Below are positions 10,103 to 20,348 of a stretch of 64,000 nt of DNA, one piece after another. The stretch is from NCBI GenBank assembly GCA_030749075.1, contig JASMKR010000035.1, positions 15,858 through 79,857 on the forward strand, given 5' to 3'. The stretch comes from Candidatus Thalassarchaeaceae archaeon. GTDB taxonomy: Archaea > Thermoplasmatota > Poseidoniia > Poseidoniales > Thalassarchaeaceae. How positions within the stretch are numbered: position 1 is the stretch's first letter; each line of letters starts with the position of its first letter. The position numbers were made by a program, and so were the translations under genes. The notes beneath the pieces were generated by a model, which worked only from the letters and a program-made list of their open reading frames with translations, was not told where the DNA came from and made no database searches.

Positions 10103-12157
10103 ATGATTGAGAACATACCGGAAATCGCAGCTGCAACTGCAGTCCTAGGACTTGCAATCGCTGTGCTGCTCTACACTCAGATAGAGAAATTGAAGATTGA
10201 CAATCCCACTGTAGCTGACATCACCCAGCAGATCAGGGACGGGGCGATGGCATTCTTGTTCGCTGAATACCGATACCTAGCCGTCTTCATCGTTGTCGTA
10301 GCAGGGTTGCTCTTCTTGAACCCCGATACGGGCAATCAGACCGTGCTCGCCTTCCTGGCTGGCGCTGCCGCTTCCGTGGCAGCTGGCTTCAGCGGGATGC
10401 GAGCAGCCACAAGCGCCAACGGCCGCACGGCCATGGCTGCAGCATCGGGCGGGCAGCCAGCCGCCCTAGAGGTCTCCTACAACGGAGGCGCGGTGATGGG
10501 TCTCTCGGTCGGTGGCCTCGGGCTGCTTGGCATCTCGTTGATGGCCATGTGGCTTGGAACCGGCCCCGAGGTTCAGAACATCGCTGGATTCGGCATGGGG
10601 GCCTCCTCTATCGCGCTGTTCGCCCGCGTGGGCGGTGGCATCTACACCAAGGCCGCTGACGTCGGCGCCGACCTCGTCGGCAAGGTCGAGGCGGGGATCC
10701 CTGAGGACGACCCGCGCAACCCCGGCGTCATCGCCGACAACGTGGGTGACAACGTTGGGGACGTCGCTGGGATGGGCGCCGACATCTTCGAGTCCTTCGT
10801 AGGCTCAATCATCGCTGCCATGGTTATCGCCGAGGCCTCGGGGATGCACTCCGATTACATCACCCTCCCGATCTTCCTCGGGCTAGTGGGATACGCCGCT
10901 TCGATCGTCGGCGTATTCAGCATGAAGGTGTTCAAGGGGGGCGATGCCGCTGCGGCACTGCGAAACACGACTTTCATCGGCGCAGCCCTCTTTTGGGCCG
11001 CCGGCTGGTTCGGCATAGGCTACCTGGAGCTTGAGACAGGCACAGACCCAATGCAGGCAGTGATTGCCGGCTCGATCGTCGGGATCCTCATCGGTCTCGT
11101 GACCGAGTTCTACACCGGGATAGAGCCCGTCTTCGGGATTCCCGTGAAGGCCATTCCCCACATCGGAAAGATGTCCAAGACTGGCCCTGCCACCAACGCC
11201 ATCGCAGGCCTCTCGGTTGGCATGATGTCCACTTTCATACCGATTCTCCTCATCGCGGGCGGCATCTTCGTTGCCAACGAAGTGATGGATGACGGAAGTG
11301 CTATGGCCGCTGATCTGGGACTCTATGGAATCGCCATGGCCGCGATGGGGATGCTCGCGACCGTGGGAGTCACCATGACCGTAGACGCCTATGGGCCAGT
11401 CGCCGACAACGCGGGCGGCATCTCCGAGATGAGCGAGCTAGGCCCTGATGTCAGAGAGATTACAGACAGCCTCGACAGCATCGGCAACACCACTGCTGCC
11501 ATCGGCAAGGGCTTCGCGATAGGCAGCGCAGCGCTCACCGCGCTCGCGCTCTTCGCCGCCTTCGGCACCGCGGCCCAACTCGAGGCCTCGGACCTAACCC
11601 TCACAGACCCGATGGTCGTCGTTGGGCTACTAATCGGTGGCTCGCTGCCATTCGTGGTCGCTGCCATGACCATGACCTCGGTCGGGAAGGCAGCCGGTGA
11701 CATGGTGATCGAGATCCGTCGGCAGTTTCGGGAGATTGAGGGCCTGCTAGAAGGCAGGGAAGGGGTCAAGCCCGATTCCATGACCTGCATAGACATCTCC
11801 ACACAGGCTGCCCTGCGCGAGATGGTGATGCCCGGATTGACTGCGGTCTCGGCTCCCGTGGTCGTCGGATACGCCCTCGGTCCTGCCGCCCTCGGCGGCC
11901 TGTTGGCGGGCGCGCTGGTGACGGGTGTGCTGATGGCCCTCTTCATGGCCAACGCTGGCGGTGCGTGGGACAACGCGAAGAAGGCCATCGAGCAAGGGCA
12001 CATCGAAGGCGCTGCGAAGGGGGACCCCTCTCACGACGCCGCTGTCATTGGCGACACCATAGGGGACCCGTTCAAGGACACTAGCGGGCCATCGCTGAAC
12101 ATCCTGATCAAGCTGATGTCGATCGTCTCGGTCGTCATCGCACCCGGACTTATCTGA
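10103..12157 (+). CDS. hppA: Membrane-integral pyrophosphatase, K+-dependent, probably Na+-translocating
   Basis: [60 protein letters not shown] upstream. Confidence 0.96.
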   Translation: MIENIPEIAAATAVLGLAIAVLLYTQIEKLKIDNPTVADITQQIRDGAMAFLFAEYRYLAVFIVVVAGLLFLNPDTGNQTVLAFLAGAAASVAAGFSGMRAATSANGRTAMAAASGGQPAALEVSYNGGAVMGLSVGGLGLLGISLMAMWLGTGPEVQNIAGFGMGASSIALFARVGGGIYTKAADVGADLVGKVEAGIPEDDPRNPGVIADNVGDNVGDVAGMGADIFESFVGSIIAAMVIAEASGMHSDYITLPIFLGLVGYAASIVGVFSMKVFKGGDAAAALRNTTFIGAALFWAAGWFGIGYLELETGTDPMQAVIAGSIVGILIGLVTEFYTGIEPVFGIPVKAIPHIGKMSKTGPATNAIAGLSVGMMSTFIPILLIAGGIFVANEVMDDGSAMAADLGLYGIAMAAMGMLATVGVTMTVDAYGPVADNAGGISEMSELGPDVREITDSLDSIGNTTAAIGKGFAIGSAALTALALFAAFGTAAQLEASDLTLTDPMVVVGLLIGGSLPFVVAAMTMTSVGKAAGDMVIEIRRQFREIEGLLEGREGVKPDSMTCIDISTQAALREMVMPGLTAVSAPVVVGYALGPAALGGLLAGALVTGVLMALFMANAGGAWDNAKKAIEQGHIEGAAKGDPSHDAAVIGDTIGDPFKDTSGPSLNILIKLMSIVSVVIAPGLI

Positions 12158-12206
12158 GTACTCCGAGTAGCGTCAGACTCTTGGCCAAGGCTGAGGACGG
12201 GGTATC

Positions 12207-13157
12207 ATGCGCTCAGCCCGGGCACTGGCCCTCGCGATGCTCGTGCTCGTAGCGAGCATGGCCGGCTGCGCGGGCTCGGATGGCGAGGTCGATTCGGATT
12301 CCATCAACGTCCCGACCTGGCAGATTGGGGACTGGTGGCTCTACACGTTCTCGACCCCCGACTACAGCGACGACACGGCTAGGCTCGTCGTGGCGAGCGA
12401 TGGCGAGGAGAGCGGCACTGCCTACATGTTGGCTATCTCGAGCTTGGCTGAGGCCAGGCGGCACGCTGTGCTCAACCACAACCCATTCCTCGGAAGGGTC
12501 ACGCACTCTGGCCTGAGTGCCTTCGAGAACGGGGTGGCCCAGCCAGTGCTGTCGTTCCCGATCGAGAAGGGGGGGTCATGGGGCTTCACACTGTTCTCTA
12601 CTGAGTGGACTGCATCGGTGACAGGGGTCACGGGCGGAACGGCCATTATTGCGGGTGCCGCGTCTGACGGCTCGAGGTTGGACTACGTGTACGACAGCGG
12701 GATCGGCTACTTCTCCTCCTTCATATGGGCGGATGCCTCGGGAACGGAGCAACTCAGGATGATGGTGGCCGATCAGGGTTCTGGGCATATCGGGGACGTC
12801 TACTTCGTCAGGGGGGGTGACCTGTTCAGCGAAATCTGGGAGGACCCTGGCACAGACTTGGAGTTCCGTGACACATTCCTCGTCAGCGACCACCCCAGCG
12901 ACGGCGAGTGGGACGAGATGGTCTATTTCATCGACGCAGAGTGCGGCAGCGGCTCTTCCAGCATCACACTGACTCTGCGGGATCACCTATCTGCATCCGC
13001 TCTGGAGCGGATTTGGGGGCCCGGGGCAAGCGAGACGGGGACTTTGGGCACGATTCCATACCCCTCGGGGGAGTACACCCTGACAGCGACCTTCACCGGC
13101 ACCGCGTTCCTGCGGGTCATAATCGCGGGCGGCATCACCGAGTCGTGGAGCCTCTAG
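12207..13157 (+). CDS. Hypothetical lipoprotein
   Basis: Signal peptide ending in MAGC lipobox; PTWQIGDWW.Y motif. Confidence 0.7.
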   Translation: MRSARALALAMLVLVASMAGCAGSDGEVDSDSINVPTWQIGDWWLYTFSTPDYSDDTARLVVASDGEESGTAYMLAISSLAEARRHAVLNHNPFLGRVTHSGLSAFENGVAQPVLSFPIEKGGSWGFTLFSTEWTASVTGVTGGTAIIAGAASDGSRLDYVYDSGIGYFSSFIWADASGTEQLRMMVADQGSGHIGDVYFVRGGDLFSEIWEDPGTDLEFRDTFLVSDHPSDGEWDEMVYFIDAECGSGSSSITLTLRDHLSASALERIWGPGASETGTLGTIPYPSGEYTLTATFTGTAFLRVIIAGGITESWSL

Positions 13158-13400
13158 AGGTAATCGATAAGGTTGTCCGAGCCTCCCACGAACACCGGCT
13201 CTTCGCCCCTCAAGTCGAACACTACCGGAACCGTTCGGTGTCCCGTCTGACTGACCACCGCTTGCCTGAGCCCATCGTGATGATCGAGGTTGACATCGGT
13301 GAAGCTCAGTTCTTTGGATTCGAGGACCCTGAAGGCGAATGAGCAGAAGGGGCAGATGGTCTGGGTGAAGACCAAGAAGTCGGTCTCAGTCCCTATAATT
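13154..13400 (-). CDS. Glutaredoxin family protein (start uncertain)
   Basis: CPFC active site, TGHRTVP, FVGG; the longer ORF to 13495 overlaps the upstream gene. Confidence 0.85.
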
Positions 13401-13403
13401 ATC

Positions 13404-16400
13404 TCACGAAACTGCGACAGGCTCACCGCCCCCTTCTTGGTCAGACCACCATCCAGACTCGCCCAAATCGTCCGGAAGGACAGCGTCCACGGCATCCTTC
13501 TCCTCGAGCACTCTATTGCACTCTTCCGGGTCGATGAAGATTAGGAAGAAGACTGTGAACATTGTGAGTGCTGCCCCCACGTATATCGTGGTGCTGTAAT
13601 TGTTGTCAAAAATCTGCAGCATCCTGCCAGTGAAGGTGTATGCCATCACTCCTGAGAGGTTGAACATTGACATGTATGCGGTGAATTGTGTCCCTCCGAC
13701 CTTGCTCCATGTCATCTTCATGCAGACAGCAATCACACATATCCAAGCAACTCCGTTTACTAGGCCTCGAATAATCAGATAGGCCGTCATAACCACTGTG
13801 TTGGTCCAGAATGGTTCCAGTACCGCCAGCATAGCATTGCACACCGCAAGGCTTGTGAAGCCGATCATTGCCACCCTTCTGACCCCGAACTTATCTCCCA
13901 GCATACCCCCTGCAATCTGGCCGGTCATGACTGCAAGGATGACGATACCGCCAACGATGACGTTGTAATCCTCCTGTTCCCATCCTGCCCGATTGATGAA
14001 TATATCAATCACGATTGGGTCTATGAAAAGGTACAGTTCGGACAGAAGGCACAGGAAAATAAGCATGAAAGAGGATCTTAGGTGGAATGCCTTGGTAAGA
14101 TTGAAACTTGTCTGAGCAAGAGTCCTGCGGGGTCCTTGGGGCAACATCGAGAATGGGTTAAAGACTCGAGGTATTGAGACCGTCCTAGCGATTAAGGCAG
14201 TGATAATGGCTAGAACGATCCCGTAGAATGCGATCGACTTTGCTGTCCCGTATAGTGGAACGGTCAGGTCAACTGAAATTATCGCAAATAACAGCCCAGC
14301 AACAAAGATGGTTAGGGATACAATAGTCAGCAGGGCTGCGAGTGAGATTCTTTCGTCGAATGTTGACCTACCCACCGCCCGAGCCGCCCACCATCTGGAT
14401 TCTTCTGGCTCCTCCCAGTATAGCCTCTCATCCACTTCAAATTCAGATACCCCGTAAGAATCCGTGGATTCAGGATATAGTGATTCTTGATTGGATGGTC
14501 TTGACCATGGGAATAGGCGGGTGCCGGGTTTCTCGTACAGGAACATTGGAAGAATCATGATCAGAAGCAGGATGGGGAGTTGTATGGAGAGCATCCCCTT
14601 GATGCCGATCGTCTTGGCGAATCCGCCAAGGACCGCGCCACCGACAATCATCCCGCCTCGCTTGGACGCGAACATGTACCCGTTTGCCTTCGAGACCTCG
14701 TCATCCCGAAGAACGTCCACTGCGAGGGCGTCGGTGCTGACGTCCTGCAGGGAAGCGAAGATGTTGTGCACGAACATTAGCTTGATCACTAGGTCGATCT
14801 GCCCCGTCAAGTCCGGGACAAAAAGGAGAGTCCCAATTGTGACGGCCATTCCAAACTGGGCGAATAATATCCACAGCCTACGGGAACCGAATTGGGGTAG
14901 GCTCAACGTGTCGATGACGGGCCCCCATATCCACTTGAAGGTCCAAGGCAAGGCGACGGTTGCGAATAACAAACCAATCTCTTGGGGGGTAAACCCGTTG
15001 TCCGAGAGATATGATGCGAAGGCGACAGTCGCGAACCCCCATGGGAGGCCTTGGGCGAAGTAAAGGACACACAACGAGACCATCCTTCTGAGTCTGTTCT
15101 CAGTCAGGCTCTGTCCGTCGAACCACTCCTCAACAAGTTGTTCTCTGTTGTAGAGCACGTATGCTAACAGGGGCAGTAAGATTAGCGACAGCCCGATAAT
15201 CAGAATTCTCGAGCTGCTCGAACCGGTTGCTTCTGCCGGTGCTACCATATCCAGAAGGATGACCCTGCGGGCATCCACTGGGGATATGTGGTCGTCATCG
15301 ACAATCAGACGGGCGTAGATGGTCGTGTTTCCAGACTCGTTGTGCGGGTCCAGCTTGATCCCCCACTGGGCCCAGTCGCCCAACGGGGAGGAGTCTTCCG
15401 CCGCCCTCCACTGGCTACCACCGACGCGGACCTGAACCTCGCCCTGACCGGGGGCCGCGCCCGAGGCGGTGCCCGATAGGTAGCTCTGGTTGAGCACCTC
15501 GTCCATCGAGTTAATGTCCATCGAGACGTTCAGGGAGCGGTCAATGCTTCCTGCGGCCTCAACGAAGGCGACGGGGTCGGCCTGGCCGTAACCGAACTCG
15601 TTGTCTGGTCTCGTCTCCAGCAGGCTGCAGTCATTGAGTCCCGCGTCTCCGAAGAGGGAGACCTCACGCTCGATCGACTTGTCGGACACGATGGCCTTCA
15701 ACTCGGAAGGAGTGAGGTCTGGGTTGGCTTGAATCATCAGGGCGGCAATGCCGGCCATCAGGGGGGTTGCCATGCTGGTGCCGGACTTGCTGGTATAGCC
15801 GTCCTGGGTGGCAGCGTCGGGGGCCATAATGCTGGAGCCGATGGTGGCGACGTCCGGTTTGACGCGGAGGTCCGAGGTGTACCCGCGGCTGCTGTAGATG
15901 GCGAGGCTGAGGTCCTTGTCGAGGCTCGCCACCGTAATCGGCAGGCGCGCATCGCCGGGGCTGTCTATGGTATTGCAGCCGACTAAGGTAGCGCCTCCGA
16001 ACTCGTTGCCAGCAGAGAGGGTAGTGATGATGCCGGCCTCGACCACCATGTCCATCTGTCGGCTCCAGGCGGAGTTTCCGTCATTGTCGACGTGGATCTC
16101 GAACTGCTGCTCACCCAGAGACGAGGTAACGATGTCAATGCCGTACTTGTCCCTGTTGTCTATGGCCCACTGGGCGCCCTCTATGACGTCCTCTATGTCG
16201 CCGTCGCAGCAGGCAAGGATGTTGATCAGATAGGCTCCGGGAGCGGCTCCGACGTAGCGCAGGCCGGTATCGGGGTCGGTCTGGCCGCCGCCGGTGCCTG
16301 CGGCGATGCCCGCGACGTGGGATCCGTGGGTGCTGGAGTCGTAGGAGGTAGACGGGTCCTGCTCCTCGTCGGTGAAGACAGCATCGTAGAACGCGATGAT

Positions 16401-17099
16401 CTTCGGGTCGCAATCCCTCGGTATCGGCCCCGGGTCAGGGTCGAGGGGGTCTGGGGGGTCGTCTAGGCAGGTGAAGGGGTCGTCATCCATGTCGTTGAGG
16501 CCCTCGTGGTCACCTCTGATCCCCGTATCTAGGACTGCGATAACGGAGCCCGTCCCATCCAGACCGAGGTCCGTCCAGACGTTATCGACGCCCATCGTGG
16601 GCACCGCTTCGTGCATGTCGGGCTCGGCCAGTCCCAGGTCCTCGACCATCACCACGCCGGGCAGAGTGCGCACGCCATCGGGATCGAGGAGTATCTCGAA
16701 GGGCACTGTCGCTGCCACGGTGTCGAGGTACTTCGCCCTGAAAGTGACCTCGGCCCCTAGATTCTCAATTGCACTTACGTCTGCATCGGAGGGATGGTGG
16801 TCGTAGTCCACGAAGACCCTCGCGCTGCCAGCAGGCGCACGTCGCCACCAGTCCTGCTGAACCTCCGCGGGCTGCTCGATCAGCCACTCGAGACGGTCAT
16901 CGAGGGAGTTTGAGTCCTTATCCCTGCTCCAGTGCAGCCACCATAATGCATGGATCTCAGACTCCACGCTAGCTACCCACTCGCCATCGGCGTCGTAGCC
17001 ACCCCTCTCGTTCGACTCGGGTACGATGGAGGAGGCGGAGAGCGGTGCGACTAGCGTGAGCACCAAGAAGGAAGCGAGGAGGGCCCGGCGTCCGCTCAT
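13404..17099 (-). CDS. S8 (subtilisin-family) serine protease fused to an AmpG-like MFS transporter
   Basis: Signal peptide; VLDTG, HGSHVAG, SGTSMATP triad; TM linker; then LYFAQGLP, LPWTFKWIWGPVID, FASLQDVSTDALAV, GGTQFTAYMS in one uninterrupted frame. Confidence 0.88.
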   Translation of the reverse strand: MSGRRALLASFLVLTLVAPLSASSIVPESNERGGYDADGEWVASVESEIHALWWLHWSRDKDSNSLDDRLEWLIEQPAEVQQDWWRRAPAGSARVFVDYDHHPSDADVSAIENLGAEVTFRAKYLDTVAATVPFEILLDPDGVRTLPGVVMVEDLGLAEPDMHEAVPTMGVDNVWTDLGLDGTGSVIAVLDTGIRGDHEGLNDMDDDPFTCLDDPPDPLDPDPGPIPRDCDPKIIAFYDAVFTDEEQDPSTSYDSSTHGSHVAGIAAGTGGGQTDPDTGLRYVGAAPGAYLINILACCDGDIEDVIEGAQWAIDNRDKYGIDIVTSSLGEQQFEIHVDNDGNSAWSRQMDMVVEAGIITTLSAGNEFGGATLVGCNTIDSPGDARLPITVASLDKDLSLAIYSSRGYTSDLRVKPDVATIGSSIMAPDAATQDGYTSKSGTSMATPLMAGIAALMIQANPDLTPSELKAIVSDKSIEREVSLFGDAGLNDCSLLETRPDNEFGYGQADPVAFVEAAGSIDRSLNVSMDINSMDEVLNQSYLSGTASGAAPGQGEVQVRVGGSQWRAAEDSSPLGDWAQWGIKLDPHNESGNTTIYARLIVDDDHISPVDARRVILLDMVAPAEATGSSSSRILIIGLSLILLPLLAYVLYNREQLVEEWFDGQSLTENRLRRMVSLCVLYFAQGLPWGFATVAFASYLSDNGFTPQEIGLLFATVALPWTFKWIWGPVIDTLSLPQFGSRRLWILFAQFGMAVTIGTLLFVPDLTGQIDLVIKLMFVHNIFASLQDVSTDALAVDVLRDDEVSKANGYMFASKRGGMIVGGAVLGGFAKTIGIKGMLSIQLPILLLIMILPMFLYEKPGTRLFPWSRPSNQESLYPESTDSYGVSEFEVDERLYWEEPEESRWWAARAVGRSTFDERISLAALLTIVSLTIFVAGLLFAIISVDLTVPLYGTAKSIAFYGIVLAIITALIARTVSIPRVFNPFSMLPQGPRRTLAQTSFNLTKAFHLRSSFMLIFLCLLSELYLFIDPIVIDIFINRAGWEQEDYNVIVGGIVILAVMTGQIAGGMLGDKFGVRRVAMIGFTSLAVCNAMLAVLEPFWTNTVVMTAYLIIRGLVNGVAWICVIAVCMKMTWSKVGGTQFTAYMSMFNLSGVMAYTFTGRMLQIFDNNYSTTIYVGAALTMFTVFFLIFIDPEECNRVLEEKDAVDAVLPDDLGESGWWSDQEGGGEPVAVS

Positions 17100-17145
17100 G
17101 GGCCTACGGGCCCATGGTCCTGTTTGAGGATTCGGACTTTGCAAC

Positions 17146-18018
17146 TCAACCGGCAATCCGCACGCCCTCGTCGTCGTAGTTCCACTCTATGAGTTCCCAG
17201 CCGACCCCCTCTATCGAGGCAATGGTGTCGTCTCTGCCTGAAGGAGAGCAGAGAAGGGCTGCGCATCCCCCGCCACCGGCTCCCAGCGCTTTCCAGGCAG
17301 CTAGGGAGCCACTCTCGAGCAATGGCTCTACCACTCCTCTGAAGGGGTCGTGCAAGGTGGTGTCGATCATGTCGACTCCCTCGCAGACATCCTTGAAGGA
17401 CTGCACCACGAGATCTCTTCGGTCTTGCTGCAGGCCATTGGCCATCGGGCGTGCCGCGGCGCGTATCCTGTGAAGCCCATCGATGACTGATTCGTTGCCC
17501 TCCGCGTAACTCCCCCAAACGGAGTCCTGGATGTCCCCGGAGCGTCGACTGGTTCCAGAGTACGCGACGAGCAGGTGCTTGCGTAGCCAAATCCTAGCGG
17601 ATCGCATCGGCTCGAAGGGGATTATCTCGACAGAATCCCCAAAGAAGAGCAGGTGGTTGAACCCCCCCCTAGCCGAGGCCCAGTGGTCCTGCCTGCCGCA
17701 GAAGTTTCCTCCATCGGCCTCCATCTGGAAGGCGATTTCGGCCAACTCCTCCGGGTGCTTGTCCTCACCGCATGACATTATGGCGGCCATAGCGACGTTC
17801 AACGCGCCACTAGTCCCTAGGCCGGATCCCCGAGGAGTCTCGAAGGTGCTCCCAAAGTCTCTCGCACCGCTGCCGGGAGTTCCTGTGACACGAACGTAAC
17901 GGTTGATTGCGAAGTTGACCACCTCTCCACCGAAGTCATTGGAGTATGGATCCACATCGGACCAGCCCCCAGCGAGATCGACTCTGACAGGCGCAGAGGC
18001 TTCTATTTGGGGTTCCAT
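17146..18018 (-). CDS. GHMP-family sugar kinase (heptose-7-phosphate kinase/fucokinase-like)
   Basis: APVRVDLAGGWSD, PRGSGLGTSG, GRQD, KALGAGGGG; start set at MEPQ. Confidence 0.85.
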   Translation of the reverse strand: MEPQIEASAPVRVDLAGGWSDVDPYSNDFGGEVVNFAINRYVRVTGTPGSGARDFGSTFETPRGSGLGTSGALNVAMAAIMSCGEDKHPEELAEIAFQMEADGGNFCGRQDHWASARGGFNHLLFFGDSVEIIPFEPMRSARIWLRKHLLVAYSGTSRRSGDIQDSVWGSYAEGNESVIDGLHRIRAAARPMANGLQQDRRDLVVQSFKDVCEGVDMIDTTLHDPFRGVVEPLLESGSLAAWKALGAGGGGCAALLCSPSGRDDTIASIEGVGWELIEWNYDDEGVRIAG

Positions 18019-18047
18019 GAGGTCTTGCGGGGCTACTACGCATAGAT

Positions 18048-18809
18048 ATGTGCTACGACCGAAAATATCGGGTATCGATGGCCCCTCCGCAAAGCATGGC
18101 GTCAATCCTTGAGCGGGCGGTAGCGGCCTTCGCCGCGGGCAAACCGGTGATGATTTTCGACTCGGCATTCAGGGAACAGGAGACGGATCTGTTGTGGCCT
18201 GCAACTGCAGCAACCCCTGAAGTAATGAGAAGGCTACGTGGGGATTGCGGGGGACTGCTCTTCCTCGCCATCGGCAATGAGGTGGGAGAGTTGTTTGGGC
18301 TTCCATGGCTGCAGGATATCCACACACACAAGGCACTGGTGGCTGAACACCCGGTGCTCGGCCAGTTGATTACTGATGACCTGCAGTATGACACGAGGTC
18401 GGCCTTCACCCTCTCCCTCAACCACCGCGAGACCTACACGGGAATCACCGACAAGGACCGCTCCCTGACCACTAGACGTTTCGGCGAGTTGACTCGGGAC
18501 CTGATTAAGGGGGGCTTAGGCAGTGACGCTGCTGTCACCGCCCTAGGCTCAGAGTTCAGGACACCGGGGCACATCCCGGTGTGCAGGGAATCACCGGGAG
18601 GCTTGAAAACGCGCCAGGGGCATACAGAACTAGCTGTGGCAATCGCCAGGCTAGCAGGACGAACTCCGTGCACGATCGGAGCTGAAATGCTGGAGCCAGA
18701 CGGCGATGGTGCACTTTCGGTCGACGAGGCCCGGCGCTACGCTGTACGGCACGGAGTGCCAATGATCACAGGGGATGACATCACCAAGGCGATGGATGCG
18801 AAGGATTGA
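18048..18809 (+). CDS. ribB: 3,4-dihydroxy-2-butanone 4-phosphate synthase (archaeal-type)
   Basis: FDSAFREQETD, YDTRSAF, TYTGITDKDR, FRTPGH, RQGHTE; true start probably 18078 or 18096. Confidence 0.92.
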   Translation: MCYDRKYRVSMAPPQSMASILERAVAAFAAGKPVMIFDSAFREQETDLLWPATAATPEVMRRLRGDCGGLLFLAIGNEVGELFGLPWLQDIHTHKALVAEHPVLGQLITDDLQYDTRSAFTLSLNHRETYTGITDKDRSLTTRRFGELTRDLIKGGLGSDAAVTALGSEFRTPGHIPVCRESPGGLKTRQGHTELAVAIARLAGRTPCTIGAEMLEPDGDGALSVDEARRYAVRHGVPMITGDDITKAMDAKD

Positions 18810-18833
18810 GACAGGGCGAACGGCTGGAGGCTT

Positions 18834-19298
18834 GTGACAATGGTACGGGTGATGGCTGTCGGAATCTTCGACCTGCTCCACGCGGGTCATCTGCACTATG
18901 TCGAGCAGGCTAGGTCACTGGGCGATGAGCTCGTGGTTGTCGTGGCACACGATGATACCGTTCGCAAGCAGAAGCACGAACCTATCACCGGTCAGGAACT
19001 GCGTCGAAGGATGGTCGAAGGACTCAAGCCCGTGGACCAGGCCATTGTGGGAAATCCCCCCAACTTTTCCATCTTCGAGATTCTGGAGACCGTGAAGCCC
19101 GACCTTATCGCCCTCGGCTATGACCAGAAGCACTCGATAGAGTCGATTCGTGGGGGGCTTTCGAAGCACGGCTACGGACACGTCGAGGTCGTTCGCGTGG
19201 AGGGGCTGTCTGACGACCTCGACGGAACCAGGAAAATCATCTCTCGAATTCTGGACCTATGGTCGGGTTCTGAGGGTGGCCCCTACGAGGAGGACTAG
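18834..19298 (+). CDS. ribL: Archaeal FAD synthase (cytidylyltransferase family)
   Basis: GIFDLLHAGH (HxGH), VVVAHD, KPD.IALGYDQ; sits within a riboflavin operon. Confidence 0.88.
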   Translation: MTMVRVMAVGIFDLLHAGHLHYVEQARSLGDELVVVVAHDDTVRKQKHEPITGQELRRRMVEGLKPVDQAIVGNPPNFSIFEILETVKPDLIALGYDQKHSIESIRGGLSKHGYGHVEVVRVEGLSDDLDGTRKIISRILDLWSGSEGGPYEED

Positions 19299-19299
19299 G

Positions 19300-19956
19300 G
19301 TGTACACCGGAATCGTCGCTGGAGCCGCCCCGGTTACCGGGGTTGATGATGGTGAAGGAATCCGAACTCTGACAATCGACCTAGATGGATTCTGCGAAGG
19401 GCTTCAGACCGGTGCGAGCGTAGCACTGGACGGGGTTTGTATGACGGTTGTGTCCATCGATGGAACGGAGGTCCGCTTCGATGCTATAGAGGAGACTCTA
19501 GGGCGGACGACACTTGGGGGGCTCAGCGTTGGAGGAATGGTCAACGTTGAGCGTTCCCTGAAGGTGGGCGATGAGCTCGGTGGGCACATACTCTCGGGCC
19601 ACGTCATGGCCACAGCGAGAATCATCGGCAGGGAAGAGCGCGGTGAGGGGCTGGACCTGCTGGTTGTTAATCCGGCCAATGCCCTACCTTTCATCATTGA
19701 GAAGGGATTCATCGGCATCGACGGAATGTCCCTGACGATTGGCGAGGTTTCGGAAGAAGACTTCGCACTGCACATAATCCCTGAGACCCTGAGAGTGACT
19801 ACGATAGGCAGCAAGGAAATAGGTGACAGCGTCAACATAGAGGTGGACTATCGGACTCAGGCGGTTATTGAGACGGTGATGAGGGGACTGACTCTCCCAC
19901 ACCCACTCGACTACCCCCCCCCTCAAGACCAATACGAAATGGGGGGCGATTTGTGA
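19300..19956 (+). CDS. ribE: Riboflavin synthase, bacterial-type (alpha chain)
   Basis: (M)YTGIV start, GASVALDGVCMT, VNVER, GGHILSGHV, KGFIGIDGMSLT, IPETL. Confidence 0.92.
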   Translation: MYTGIVAGAAPVTGVDDGEGIRTLTIDLDGFCEGLQTGASVALDGVCMTVVSIDGTEVRFDAIEETLGRTTLGGLSVGGMVNVERSLKVGDELGGHILSGHVMATARIIGREERGEGLDLLVVNPANALPFIIEKGFIGIDGMSLTIGEVSEEDFALHIIPETLRVTTIGSKEIGDSVNIEVDYRTQAVIETVMRGLTLPHPLDYPPPQDQYEMGGDL

Positions 19957-20348
19957 ATCTGGGAATTGTGTGCGGGTCATTCCATCGCGAGGAAGTAGGG
20001 AGGATGCTGGATTTCGCCAAGGACGAGGCTGCTTCGAAGAACTGGGAAGTTGGCGAGGTAATTTGGGTTCCGGGTTCCATGGAAGCCCCTCTAGCGCTCG
20101 AACGGCTGCTCCAACACGAGGACATCCAAGGAGCCGTAGTCCTCGGAATTATCGAGAGGGGAGAGACCGATCACGGGCTGGTTATGGGTCAGTCGGTCAC
20201 TCAGGCGATCATCGAGCTTCAAATCAAGCATAACAAGCCCATAGGGCTCGGTATTATTGGACCCGGGGCTGAACCAGAGCACATTGGGCCACGTCTGGAA
20301 CCGCATGCAAGGGCCGCTGTCGGAGCGGTAGCAGCGATGGTCGAGTAA
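19953..20348 (+). CDS. ribH: 6,7-dimethyl-8-ribityllumazine synthase
   Basis: VPGSMEAP, LGIIERGETDH, KPIGLGI. Confidence 0.92.
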   Translation: MNLGIVCGSFHREEVGRMLDFAKDEAASKNWEVGEVIWVPGSMEAPLALERLLQHEDIQGAVVLGIIERGETDHGLVMGQSVTQAIIELQIKHNKPIGLGIIGPGAEPEHIGPRLEPHARAAVGAVAAMVE

